Shown here piece by piece: positions 1 to 8,294 of a DNA stretch of 37,013 nt. A program made the position numbers and the translations under genes. How positions within the stretch are numbered: position 1 is the stretch's first letter; every line of letters starts with the position of its first letter. The DNA comes from Planctomycetota bacterium (lineage in GTDB: Bacteria; Planctomycetota; UBA11346): assembly GCA_038213315.1 (NCBI GenBank), contig JBBQTJ010000001.1:1-37013 (forward strand), in the 5' to 3' direction. Under the pieces are notes generated by a model that was not told the DNA's origin, made no database searches, and saw nothing but the letters and a program-made list of their open reading frames with translations.

Positions 1-316
1 CCTTAGTGCCGGTCACGCCCGCCAGGGGCGGGCAACGACGATCCAGGCCATGCACCGCAACGCTGGCGCGGGCATGGGTCCAGCGGGCATGGCTGGTGGT
101 CAGGCTGGCACCGCCTGCCAGCGTGCTTTCCGCGATCACCACGCTGGCACCGTGCTGCCGGGCCTCATCCGCGTGGTCCGGACGTTCGGCGGTATGGCCC
201 ATGGCCACATAGGCTTGGCCGGCCTGCACCCGTCGGCTGTCGCGCCCGATGCCGGTCAGCGCGGCCACGGCGTCACCATCCAAGGACTGCCCAGCGAACA
301 GCACCGCAGGTTCCAT
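1..316 (-). CDS. murE: UDP-N-acetylmuramoyl-L-alanyl-D-glutamate--2,6-diaminopimelate ligase MurE, N-terminal part only (runs off the window)
   Basis: My own minus-strand translation from ATG 316..314 gives MEPAVLFAGQSLDGDAVAALTGIGRDSRRVQAGQAYVAMGHTAERPDHADEARQHGASVVIAES...LAGVTGTKG. This carries the MurE DSR-V--G leader and the start of the GVTGTxGKT P-loop. It lies directly after ftsI as in dcw clusters, with a TGATG stop/start overlap with ftsI. It is absent from the ORF track because it is truncated. Confidence 0.85.
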   Translation of the reverse strand, partial: MEPAVLFAGQSLDGDAVAALTGIGRDSRRVQAGQAYVAMGHTAERPDHADEARQHGASVVIAESTLAGGASLTTSHARWTHARASVAVHGLDRRCPPLAGVTGTK

Positions 317-2070
317 CAGCGCGCTTCCTTGGCCACGGGTGCGTCGGCCTGCTTGGGCACGCCCATGCGCTCCAGGGCGCCTTGCAGAATGCGCGCGGCG
401 TAGGGTGCCGCGACCTGGCTGCCGAAGCGGCCATTCTTGGTCGGATCGTCAGTGACGAAAAGGCAGACCAGCTCGGCGCGCACCCCCGGGCTGGCGGGGG
501 CCCAGCCGACAAAGGAGCCGACGTTGTGATCATTGGAATATCGCCCGTTCACCAGCTTTTCGGCCGTACCAGTCTTGCCCGCCGAGGTGTAGCCGTCCAA
601 TTGCGACCCCTTGCCCGTGCCATCGGTCATGGTGCGGGTCATGGCCTCCTGCAGGCTTGCCGCCAGGGCCGCGTCATAGACGCGCCGAGGCGCAGCCAGC
701 TCTGGCGGAGCTTGGTCGACCTGCACCCCGTCCACACCCAAAGACCAGACCCGCTTCACCAGGCGCGGCGGCATCAACAGGCCACCATTGGCGATGGCAG
801 CATGGGCCATGACCAATTGCAAAGGCGTGACCGCAACTTCGTGGCCCATCGGCACCGACATGCACGAGCCCAGCAGGTTCCAGCGCGCCTTGGGCAGCAT
901 GATGCCGGCGTCTTCTCCGGGCAGGCAGATCCCGGTGCGACGGCCGAAGCCCAGATTGGTAACCCATTGGTGCAGGCGCTCGGGGCCAAGGCGGATGCCC
1001 AGCTTGGCCATCATGATGTTGTCGGACAGGGCGATGCCCTCGGTCACCGACAGGATGCCGTGGCCACCACTTTTTTCGCGAATGGTGCGGACGCCCCGGC
1101 CTTCGCGATAGGTCCAGGCGCCGTGCTCGCAGTCGATGCGTTCGCTGAACGTGGTCAGGCCCTCGGCCACGGCTGCACCGACGATCAGCGGCTTCATGGT
1201 CGAGCCCGGCTCGTACACGAAGTTCAAGATATTGTTGCGCATGCTGGTGGGCAGCAGGCTGCTGCGCTCGGTGGGATTAAATGTCGGCCAGCTGGCCATG
1301 GCGACGACCTCGCCGGTGGAGGGTCGCACCACCACGCACGCCACGCCAACGGGGGCGTGCTTCTCGACCGCAGCAGCGACCACCGCTTCGACCTCGCGCT
1401 GCAGGTCCAGATCGATGGTCAGCTGCACATTGTTACCCGGGCGGGCCGGGACCGATTCGCTGCCGGTCAGGATCGGCCGGCCCAGCGCATCGACCCGCAG
1501 GGTCTCTTTGCCGGGGGTGCCGGCCATGACCTTGTCGAACACCGCCTCAAGGCCCATGCCGCCACTGCCATCCGCCTGCACAAAGCCGAGGATATGAGCT
1601 GCCAAGGCGCCTTCGCGATTGATGCGGGTCAGGTCGCGGCGCATGAAGACGCCAGTCAACTTCAAGGCCTTCACCCGTTCGGCCATGGCGTCGTCCAAGC
1701 CGCGGGCCAGGACGCGGCCATTCTTGCCCGATTCGAATTCATCGCGCAAGCGGGTGCGATCAAGGCCCAGCAGCGCCGACAGCTCGACGGTGGCGCGCAG
1801 CCGGTTGTCCATCCACTGCGGGTCGCAGGTGAGCGTCCACGTCGAGATGCTTTCCGCCAAGGGCGCGCCGCTCTGATCGTACATCGAACCCCGCGCCGCA
1901 GGCAGGATCCAGGTCCGCGCCGTCTGCCGGTCGGAAATCCCGGTCATGCGGTGCGCTTCGTTCACCTGCAGGAAGTGCAGGCGCCAACCGACCAGGGTAA
2001 AAAGAGTGACGAACACTAGGAACGTCAGCAGCAGCCTGACAAATTGGCGATCGACGGGGATGGAGGACAT
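316..2070 (-). CDS. ftsI: Peptidoglycan D,D-transpeptidase, class B PBP (FtsI/PBP3-like)
   Basis: 584 aa with an N-terminal TM helix (LLLTFLVFVTLFTLVGW). It has the SxxK motif (GSTMKP), SxN (LSDN) and KTG (GKTGTA). Position is between ftsL-like and murE. Confidence 0.9.
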   Translation of the reverse strand: MSSIPVDRQFVRLLLTFLVFVTLFTLVGWRLHFLQVNEAHRMTGISDRQTARTWILPAARGSMYDQSGAPLAESISTWTLTCDPQWMDNRLRATVELSALLGLDRTRLRDEFESGKNGRVLARGLDDAMAERVKALKLTGVFMRRDLTRINREGALAAHILGFVQADGSGGMGLEAVFDKVMAGTPGKETLRVDALGRPILTGSESVPARPGNNVQLTIDLDLQREVEAVVAAAVEKHAPVGVACVVVRPSTGEVVAMASWPTFNPTERSSLLPTSMRNNILNFVYEPGSTMKPLIVGAAVAEGLTTFSERIDCEHGAWTYREGRGVRTIREKSGGHGILSVTEGIALSDNIMMAKLGIRLGPERLHQWVTNLGFGRRTGICLPGEDAGIMLPKARWNLLGSCMSVPMGHEVAVTPLQLVMAHAAIANGGLLMPPRLVKRVWSLGVDGVQVDQAPPELAAPRRVYDAALAASLQEAMTRTMTDGTGKGSQLDGYTSAGKTGTAEKLVNGRYSNDHNVGSFVGWAPASPGVRAELVCLFVTDDPTKNGRFGSQVAAPYAARILQGALERMGVPKQADAPVAKEAR

Positions 2071-2090
2071 GGCTTGCGGGGGGCGGGAGC

Positions 2091-2375
2091 TTAGCGGACA
2101 GCCATGCGCATCGGGGCCTGCGCGGCGAGGGGCAGTTGGAGGCGCTTCACGGCGGCTTCCAAGGCCGGCGGACTGGCGACCCAGTCGAGCTGGCCACGCA
2201 GGCGTTCTTGCTCAAAGGCCAACTCGCGGCGGGCATTGAAGTCGGCGCCACGCTGTTTGGCCAGGGACGCCTTCTCATTGCCGAGCAGGGCGACCTTCAG
2301 GCACAACAAGACGGCCAAGGGGATCCACAGCAGCAGGAACAGGGAGTGGATCGCGAGATCGGTGCGGGTCATCAT
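2091..2375 (-). CDS. ftsL: FtsL-like small bitopic cell-division protein
   Basis: I take MMTRTDLAIHSLFLLLWIPLAVLLCLKVALLG... as the start (ATG 2375..2373). This gives 94 aa with one TM helix followed by a coiled-coil-like segment, in the canonical slot between rsmH and ftsI. ATGA overlap with the rsmH stop (2372-2375). The longer 147-aa track ORF would overlap rsmH by about 160 nt and is Arg/Pro-rich. Confidence 0.55.
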   Translation of the reverse strand: MMTRTDLAIHSLFLLLWIPLAVLLCLKVALLGNEKASLAKQRGADFNARRELAFEQERLRGQLDWVASPPALEAAVKRLQLPLAAQAPMRMAVR

Positions 2376-3292
2376 AGGTGGATCGGCGGCGGCGGTGGGC
2401 GGCGGGCGGGGGTGGACGCGGCGCTGACGGGCTGGGCCCGACGGACCCAGCGCAGCTTGGCGCTGTGGGCGCGGGGATTGGCGGCCTGTTCGGCGTCGTT
2501 GGCGACGATCGGCTTGCGCACGCCCTCGCTCCACGTGCCGGCGGTCTGCTGGTCGCGCCAGGCGTGCTTGACCAGGCGGTCTTCCAGACTGTGGAAGCTG
2601 ATCACTGCGGCGATCCCGCCGGGCCGCACCACCGTGGGCAGGGCCGCCAGCAGGCGCTCCAACTGACCCAGCTCATCGTTCACGGCGATGCGCAGGCCCT
2701 GGAAGGTGCGCAAGGCTGGGTGCCGCTGATGATGGCCGGGGACGACGCGGCGCACTACCTCGGCGATGCTGGCTCCCGAGCTGAGCGTGCCTTCGGCCTG
2801 GGCCCGCTTCAGCGCCCGGGCGATGCGCCGGGAGAGGCGCTCTTCGCCATAGCGGAACAGCACGTCGGCCAGGGCGTTCTCATCCAGATCGCGGATCAGC
2901 TCAAGGGCCGAAGCCGGGCAGCCGTCACCCATGCGCATGTCGGCGGCAGCATCCGAGCGGATCGAGAAACCCCGGTTGTCATCGTCCAATTGCATGCTGC
3001 TGACGCCGAGATCGGCGAGGACTCCGTCAAAGGTGATGCCCTGCGCCGCGCATTCTTCGACCGCATCGGCAAAGGTTCCGGGGCGCACGTCCAGAGCCTC
3101 ACCGTGGTGCGCCAGCCGCTCGGTAGCCAAGCGACGCGCCTCTGGATCGCGATCCACCCCGGTCACCCGGGCACCCGCCGCCAACAACAGAGCGGTATGA
3201 CCGCCAAAGCCCAAGGTGCAGTCCAGCACCACCGACCCCGGTTTGAGCCGAAGACAGTCGACCACCGCCTCGGCCAGCACGGGGAGGTGCAT
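2372..3292 (-). CDS. rsmH: 16S rRNA (cytosine1402-N4)-methyltransferase RsmH (MraW)
   Basis: 306 aa. MHLPVLAEAVVDCL..., DCTLGFGGHT SAM motif, DLGVSSMQLD and ISFHSLEDRLVK, all typical RsmH signatures. dcw context. Confidence 0.95.
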   Translation of the reverse strand: MHLPVLAEAVVDCLRLKPGSVVLDCTLGFGGHTALLLAAGARVTGVDRDPEARRLATERLAHHGEALDVRPGTFADAVEECAAQGITFDGVLADLGVSSMQLDDDNRGFSIRSDAAADMRMGDGCPASALELIRDLDENALADVLFRYGEERLSRRIARALKRAQAEGTLSSGASIAEVVRRVVPGHHQRHPALRTFQGLRIAVNDELGQLERLLAALPTVVRPGGIAAVISFHSLEDRLVKHAWRDQQTAGTWSEGVRKPIVANDAEQAANPRAHSAKLRWVRRAQPVSAASTPARRPPPPPIHL

Positions 3293-3302
3293 CGTGGCAG
3301 TC

Positions 3303-3527
3303 CTACGCGCTGACCGCGCAGCAGGCGGGCTGCTGCTCGTCCACCAGCCGGCGCATGAAGCGCAGATAGGCGCTCTCCTGCGCCGGAGTGCCCAGCCGAC
3401 GGCTCAGGCAGTCGAGACGCAGACGGGCGTGCTCGAGGTCGGTGGCGAGTTCCGCAGGAACTTGGCCATGGCGCTCGACGAGTTCGTCGAGGCTGGCCAG
3501 CAGGCGGTGGAAGGCAGGGTCGTTCAT
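3303..3527 (-). CDS. Hypothetical small helical protein (74 aa) inserted between mraZ and rsmH
   Basis: ATG 3527..3525 lies 2 nt after the mraZ TGA (3532..3530). Sequence: MNDPAFHRLLASLDELVERHGQVPAELATDLEHARLRLDCLSRRLGTPAQESAYLRFMRRLVDEQQPACCAVSA. The composition looks coding and I recognise no motif. Confidence 0.45.
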   Translation of the reverse strand: MNDPAFHRLLASLDELVERHGQVPAELATDLEHARLRLDCLSRRLGTPAQESAYLRFMRRLVDEQQPACCAVSA

Positions 3528-3529
3528 GG

Positions 3530-3991
3530 TCAGATCGCGAGATATTCGGAGAGGGCCGGGTTGACCGCCGGGGTCTCGCCATCGAGACCGGCCCAGCGGC
3601 GATAGTGATCGGGGTTCCACACCTGGATGGTGGTGTTGGTCGCCACCAGGAAGACATCCCGGTCGACCTTGAGGTGGGCGACCACGTGGGGCGGCAGCAC
3701 CACGCGGTGCTGGGCATCCACGGCCATGGTCGCCAAGCCGCCATTAAGGCGGGTGACCAGATTGAGCTTCTGCTCGCCAGTCAGCCGGGCGTCGTCCAGG
3801 ATCTTCTGCTCGCGCCGGCGCAGTTCGCTGTCGCTCATGATCACCAGCACCGGGAAGGTCTCGCCACGGTCGCTGGTCATGCCATGGGGCAGACCATGCA
3901 GCTGCTTGGGCAGATCCCCGCCGCCAAAAGTCCGTGCATCCCCCGGCAAGGTCACCTGATTCTTTGGCGACAGACGGTTGGTTGGGAGCAC
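3530..3991 (-). CDS. mraZ: Transcriptional regulator MraZ (two SpoVT/AbrB-like repeats)
   Basis: 153 aa. The N-terminal LSPKNQVTLPGDAR and the second repeat DAQHRVVLPPHVVAHLKVDRDVFLVATNTTIQVWNPDHY parallel E. coli MraZ (DSKGRLSVP... / DGAGRLLIAP...VMLVGQFNKFELWDE). It is the first gene of the dcw cluster. Confidence 0.75.
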   Translation of the reverse strand: MLPTNRLSPKNQVTLPGDARTFGGGDLPKQLHGLPHGMTSDRGETFPVLVIMSDSELRRREQKILDDARLTGEQKLNLVTRLNGGLATMAVDAQHRVVLPPHVVAHLKVDRDVFLVATNTTIQVWNPDHYRRWAGLDGETPAVNPALSEYLAI

Positions 3992-4027
3992 GGCGGCCTC
4001 TATGGGGCGGGAGTGTGTGAAGATGCA

Positions 4028-4063
4028 CTACTCTATGCAACTGAAATCTACTTTTTGCAACTA
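4028..4063 (-). promoter_or_regulatory. Four direct hexamer repeats at exact 10-bp phasing upstream of mraZ (candidate MraZ operator, in an AT-rich promoter island)
   Basis: The minus strand reads TAGTTG-caaa-AAGTAG-attt-CAGTTG-cata-GAGTAG. On the plus strand the hexamers start at 4058, 4048, 4038 and 4028. Consensus is nAGT(A/T)G. They lie 37-72 nt upstream of the mraZ ATG, inside the locally AT-rich stretch ~4020-4105. Confidence 0.35.
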
Positions 4064-4128
4064 CCTATCGACCGTTAATTATTGTAGGTCTTTACAGACT
4101 TATACTTGAGTGCGGCCTGCGGCTGCCG

Positions 4129-4401
4129 CTATTGCTCGACGACGACTTCGCCGGTGCCGCGGCAGTACGCCTGGCAGGACAACCGCTCGCCCTTGGCCGG
4201 ATCACAGCGGTGGGCGCGCTCAGAACTGGTCGGCGGCTCAAGATGTTCGCCGCCAGAGATCACACGAACCTTGCAGGTGCCACAGGATCCAGACATGCAG
4301 ATGTACATCATGCTGCCGCCAGCGCCCAGGATGGCGCCGAGCAGATCCTGGCCCGCAGCGGCGCTGGCGACGGTGGTTTTGAAGCGGATGGAGGTCGGCA
4401 T
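4129..4401 (-). CDS. Plant-type [2Fe-2S] ferredoxin
   Basis: 90 aa. It has the C-x4-C-x2-C motif (CMSGSCGTCKVRV) plus a distal Cys (LSCQAY), and strong GC3 codon bias in this frame. Confidence 0.85.
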   Translation of the reverse strand: MPTSIRFKTTVASAAAGQDLLGAILGAGGSMMYICMSGSCGTCKVRVISGGEHLEPPTSSERAHRCDPAKGERLSCQAYCRGTGEVVVEQ

Positions 4402-4522
4402 CGCGGCAGCGTGGCAAAGGGACCTGGCACGGTCAATCAGCTTTGAAATGGTTGCTGGCTGGACGACCTAGGCCGCAATTCGCAGCATCACCAGCAAATT
4501 CGCAAGAAATCCCATGGAATCA

Positions 4523-4558
4523 TTGCAAAAAGCCGCTCCATGCCGGTGCTTTTTGCAA
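4523..4558 (+). promoter_or_regulatory. Perfect 10-bp inverted repeat TTGCAAAAAG-N16-CTTTTTGCAA in the ~310-nt region upstream of the RRM gene
   Basis: Arms at 4523-4532 and 4549-4558, read directly from the sequence. It could act as an operator or as a leader hairpin. The function is unknown. Confidence 0.3.
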
Positions 4559-4711
4559 TTCCCTTTGCTTCCGCCCCACCTTCTGCACCATGGCGAGATA
4601 CGGCGGCGCCTTCAGGCACTGCCGTTGGTGTCCGGGTGTCCGGTCACTTCAAGCAATTGGTGCGCTCTCCGCCCAACCGGGTCGATGCGCCCCCCGTAAT
4701 GAAAGTCCAAC

Positions 4712-5098
4712 GTGGAACTCTACGTCGGCAACCTGCCTTGGTCCGTGTCGGATCAGAGCCTCACTTCCCTCTTCGCCACCCATGGCACGGTCGCTCGTGC
4801 CAAAGTGGTGACCGACCGTGATACCGGTCGTAGCCGCGGCTTCGCCTTCGTCACCATGGCTGACGAAGCCGGTGGCACGGCCGCGATCACCGCGCTGAAC
4901 GGCACCGCCATCGAAGGCCGCGCCATCACCGTCCGTAAGGCCGAACCCAAGCCCGCCCGCACTGGCGAAGCTGGCGGCGGCGGTGGATATGGCGGCGGTG
5001 GTGGTGGTGGTGGATACGGCGGCGGCGGCGGCGGCGGTGGTGGGTACGGCGGCGGCGGCGGCGGTGGTTACGGCGGCGGTGGCCGTCGCGATCGCTGA
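4712..5098 (+). CDS. RRM-type RNA-binding protein with a Gly/Tyr-rich C-terminal tail
   Basis: GTG start. RNP-2 is LYVGNL and RNP-1 is RGFAFVTM. The tail is GGGGGYGGGGGGGGYGGGGGGGGGYGGGGGGGYGGGGRRDR, encoded by GGC/GGT repeats. Confidence 0.9.
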   Translation: MELYVGNLPWSVSDQSLTSLFATHGTVARAKVVTDRDTGRSRGFAFVTMADEAGGTAAITALNGTAIEGRAITVRKAEPKPARTGEAGGGGGYGGGGGGGGYGGGGGGGGGYGGGGGGGYGGGGRRDR

Positions 5099-5112
5099 AC
5101 AGTCGTTCTGCA

Positions 5113-5144
5113 CCGGAGGCCGCGCAGGTGGCCTCCGGTTTATT
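5113..5144 (+). terminator. Rho-independent terminator after the RRM gene
   Basis: CCGGAGGCC (5113-5121), 8-nt loop, GGCCTCCGG (5130-5138), then TTTATT. It starts 15 nt after the stop codon. Confidence 0.75.
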
Positions 5145-5180
5145 GTGTCCTGCCGCTGTCCGATGATGACGGCAAACTGA

Positions 5181-5220
5181 CATTCCCGTCCAAGTGGGCA
5201 CAGGGAATGACCTTCTTTTT
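5181..5220 (+). terminator. Second hairpin plus T-run (possible tandem terminator or attenuator)
   Basis: CATTCCC (5181-5187), 15-nt loop, GGGAATG (5203-5209), followed by ACCTTCTTTTT. The stem is short and the loop is large. Confidence 0.3.
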
Positions 5221-5235
5221 CATATAAAGGCAACC

Positions 5236-5508
5236 ATGTCCAAGCAGAACCCCGCCTCCTTCGCCAAGCGTCAGCGCGAGCAGGAACAGAAACGCCGCGC
5301 CGACGAGAAACGACGGAAGATGGCCGATCGCCGCCAGGTCAAACGGGACGGCGGCGACCCCCTTGCCGAGGACATGGATAGCCTGATGCCGCCGGCCATG
5401 GGCGCACCGCTAGTGCCTGTCGCCCCCAATGCACCGGCCCCCGCACCCCTGGCCGCACCGCTGCCCAAGCCGGCCGTGGAAAGCATCCCGCCCGTCAGTG
5501 GCCGTTGA
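5236..5508 (+). CDS. Hypothetical small protein with a basic N-terminus and Pro/Ala-rich C-terminus
   Basis: I take ATG 5236 (MSKQNPASFAKRQREQEQKRRADEKRRKMADRRQVKRDGG...), giving 90 aa. I recognise no motif. Confidence 0.45.
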   Translation: MSKQNPASFAKRQREQEQKRRADEKRRKMADRRQVKRDGGDPLAEDMDSLMPPAMGAPLVPVAPNAPAPAPLAAPLPKPAVESIPPVSGR

Positions 5509-5556
5509 GGCTCTCCCTAGCGTAGGTAGGCGTCGCAGACCACCGGCGCCGGACCA

Positions 5557-8226
5557 TCACCCCACCACGATATTGATGATCTTGCCGTGGATGGCGATGA
5601 GCTTGCGGATGGTGCCGGCACCGACGATGGCGAGGACCTCTGCATGGGCGCTAATCGCGGCATCCAGATCCACCCCGACCAGATGGCGGGGCAGGGTGAT
5701 GCGTCCGCGCAGCTTGCCATTCACCTGGATGGGGTAATCCACGTCATCGGCCTGGATTTGCGCCGCATCAAACAGCGGCCAACCTGCCGCCGTTAGATCA
5801 CTGCCGCCCAGGCGCGTCCACAGTTCATGGCAGATATGCGGCACCATCGGCGCCAACAGGCGGATCAGCGTCTCGACGCCCAGGCGCATGATCGGCGCCG
5901 ACACTGAGCCGGGCTTCAGCTCATTGGACAGTTCCATGCATGCGGCGATGGCGGCATTGAAGCCAAAATCGCGCTCCATGGCGTCGGTGGCGCGCTTGAT
6001 GGTGGCATGGACCTTGCGCACCACTGCCTGTTCGTGGCCCTGCAGGTCGGCGGCCTTGCCAGCAAAAGGAGCCACGCCTGCAAGCACCGCCTGCTGATCC
6101 AGGGCCAACACCCACAACCGCTTCAGGAAGCGATGCGCGCCCATGACTCCCGCTTCGTCCCATTCCAGGTCGCGCTCGGGTGGCGCCGCGAACAGGATGA
6201 ACATGCGCGCGGTGTCCGCGCCGAAGGCATCGACCAGATGCTGCGGATCGACGGTGTTGCGCTTCGACTTCGACATCTTCTCGACCCGGCCGACCGTCAC
6301 CGGCTGACCATCGCTGGTGCTGGTGGCACTGATCACCTTGCCCTTGGCATCACGCTCGACCACCACGTCCTCGGGATAGAAGTACTGCTTTTTTCCGTCC
6401 CCAGGGTCGCGGTACAGGGCCTCCATGCACACCATGCCCTGGCAGAGCAGGCGTTTGAAGGGCTCGCGCTGCTGGCCGTGACCCAGGTCGCATAGGGCCT
6501 TGGTGAAGAAGCGGGCATACAGCAGATGCAGGACGGCGTGTTCGATGCCACCGATGTACAGATCGACTGGCAGCCAGTGGTCGACGCGCGCCCGATCCAA
6601 GGGCGCGGCGCAGCCCAGGTCGGCCCGCCGATTGTCGTGGCAGGTGTAGCGGGCGAAGTACCAGGACGACTCTACGAACGTGTCCATGGTGTCGGTCTCG
6701 CGCCGGGCGGGCTCAAGGCCCTGGGCACCGCGCACCGACAGGGGCGAACCATCCGTGGCGGTGACCGCCCAGGTCGCGTGCCGTTCCAGCGGATTGCCCT
6801 TCCCATCGAAGACCACGTCATCAGGCAGGGCCACCGGCAGGTCGGCCGGCCGCAGCGGCACGACGCCCGCCTTCTCGCCATAGACGAAGGGGATGGGGTT
6901 GCCCCAGTAGCGCTGGCGGGACAAACCCCAATCACGCAGCCGCCAGGTGACGACCTTGCGACCGGTGCCGCGTTCAGTCAGCCAGGCGGTGATCGCCGCC
7001 TTGGCGGACTCGCTGGTCTGGCCGTCGAACTGGCCGCTGCCCTGCATCACGCCGGCCGCGGTGTAGGCATCCTCGCCGGCTTGCAGCGCAAGCCACTCCG
7101 GATGCTTGGGATCCTCGGCGCGGATCACGGTTACCACCGGGATGCCGTACTTGCGCGCGAAGGCATGATCGCGCACATCATGGGCCGGCACCGCCATGAC
7201 CACGCCCGTGCCATAATCGGCGACGACGAAATTGGCGGCATACAGCGGCACTTTTGCGCCGGTGGCAGGATTGATCACATAGGCGCCGGTGAAGCAGCCC
7301 TTCTTCTCGGCGGTATCGCCGGTGCGCTCGTGGGCGCTGACCGCGCGGACCTCGGCGGTGAAGGCAGCCACGGTGGCGCGATGGCTCGCCGGCACGATAC
7401 GCTCAAGGAGGGCATGCTCCGGCGCGATCGAGACAAAGGTCACGCCGAACAGCGTGTCGGGCCGAGTGGTGAACACGGTCAACGTCACCGAAGGATGCCC
7501 GTCGACGGCAAAGTCGATCTCGGCGCCTTCGCTGCGGCCAATCCAATTGCGCTGCTGGGCCAGCACCGCCTCGGGCCAGCCCCCCTCCAAGGTCTTGGTC
7601 CCGGCGAGCAGTTCCTCGGCATAGGCGGTGATGCGCAGATACCAGGTGGGCAGCTCTTTCTGGATCACCGGCATGCCGGTGCGCCAGCATTTGCCGTCGA
7701 TGACCTGCTCATTGGCGAGCACGCAGTTCAGGCCCGTGGACCAGTTCACCAGGGAAGATTTGCGGTAGACCAGCCCCTTTTCCACCAGCTCCAAAAAGAG
7801 CTGCTGTTCGCGCGCCGCGTACCCGGGATCCGAGGTGGCGAACTCGCGCGACCAGGCGTAGCTGAAGCCCATGCGCTTGAGCTGAGTGCGCATGTAGGCG
7901 ATGTTGTCGTAGGTCCAGGTGCGCGGGTGGGCATTGCGCTCGATCGCCGCCTGCTCAGCCGGGAGGCCGAAGGAATCCCAGCCCATGGGATGCAGCACGG
8001 CGAAGCCGCGCATGCGCTTGTAGCGCGCCACCGCATCGCCGATGGAGTAGTTGCGCACATGGCCCATGTGCAGCTTGCCCGACGGATACGGGAACATTTC
8101 CAGGACGTAAAAGCATTTCTCGCGCGGCAGGTCGTTAGCGACCTCGTGCACGCCAGAACTCTCCCAGCGGGCCTGCCAGGCAGGTTCGATGGCAGCGGGG
8201 TCATAGGCGGGGATGGGTTCGTTCAT
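5557..8226 (-). CDS. leuS: Leucine--tRNA ligase
   Basis: HMGH (GKLHMGHVRNY), KMSKS (VEKMSKSKRN) and a typical N-terminus, MNEPIPAYDPAAIEPAWQARW. I take ATG 8226 rather than the track start at 8277. Confidence 0.97.
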   Translation of the reverse strand: MNEPIPAYDPAAIEPAWQARWESSGVHEVANDLPREKCFYVLEMFPYPSGKLHMGHVRNYSIGDAVARYKRMRGFAVLHPMGWDSFGLPAEQAAIERNAHPRTWTYDNIAYMRTQLKRMGFSYAWSREFATSDPGYAAREQQLFLELVEKGLVYRKSSLVNWSTGLNCVLANEQVIDGKCWRTGMPVIQKELPTWYLRITAYAEELLAGTKTLEGGWPEAVLAQQRNWIGRSEGAEIDFAVDGHPSVTLTVFTTRPDTLFGVTFVSIAPEHALLERIVPASHRATVAAFTAEVRAVSAHERTGDTAEKKGCFTGAYVINPATGAKVPLYAANFVVADYGTGVVMAVPAHDVRDHAFARKYGIPVVTVIRAEDPKHPEWLALQAGEDAYTAAGVMQGSGQFDGQTSESAKAAITAWLTERGTGRKVVTWRLRDWGLSRQRYWGNPIPFVYGEKAGVVPLRPADLPVALPDDVVFDGKGNPLERHATWAVTATDGSPLSVRGAQGLEPARRETDTMDTFVESSWYFARYTCHDNRRADLGCAAPLDRARVDHWLPVDLYIGGIEHAVLHLLYARFFTKALCDLGHGQQREPFKRLLCQGMVCMEALYRDPGDGKKQYFYPEDVVVERDAKGKVISATSTSDGQPVTVGRVEKMSKSKRNTVDPQHLVDAFGADTARMFILFAAPPERDLEWDEAGVMGAHRFLKRLWVLALDQQAVLAGVAPFAGKAADLQGHEQAVVRKVHATIKRATDAMERDFGFNAAIAACMELSNELKPGSVSAPIMRLGVETLIRLLAPMVPHICHELWTRLGGSDLTAAGWPLFDAAQIQADDVDYPIQVNGKLRGRITLPRHLVGVDLDAAISAHAEVLAIVGAGTIRKLIAIHGKIINIVVG

Positions 8227-8294
8227 GGCGCGTTCCGGTCGGGGCGGGGATTGTTCCCAACTCGACGCGGGCGGCAAGGCGGGGGGCTGACAGC

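Noticed and set aside
382-2019. 545-aa plus-strand ORF opposite ftsI. Similar long antisense ORFs lie at 6526-9078 (opposite leuS/HD), 11135-13210 (opposite DUF349), 17177-18067, 19382-20128, 20119-22248, 23097-24072 and 25573-26604
   Set aside because: All are Arg/Gly/Ala/His-rich and lack recognisable motifs. Each overlaps a confidently identified gene on the other strand. They are GC-driven stop-codon-poor frames.
4541-4558. Sigma-54-like GG...TTGCA element (ccGGtgctttttGCaa); also TGGCAC at ~4425
   Set aside because: The spacing between the GG and GC dinucleotides is 8 nt instead of the required 10. The TGGCAC at ~4425 has no correctly spaced GC. I do not call these sigma-54 promoters.
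4649-5233. 194-aa minus-strand ORF with poly-Ala/Thr runs
   Set aside because: It is the antisense reading of the GGC/GGT glycine-tail repeats of the RRM gene, and it overlaps that gene's terminator.
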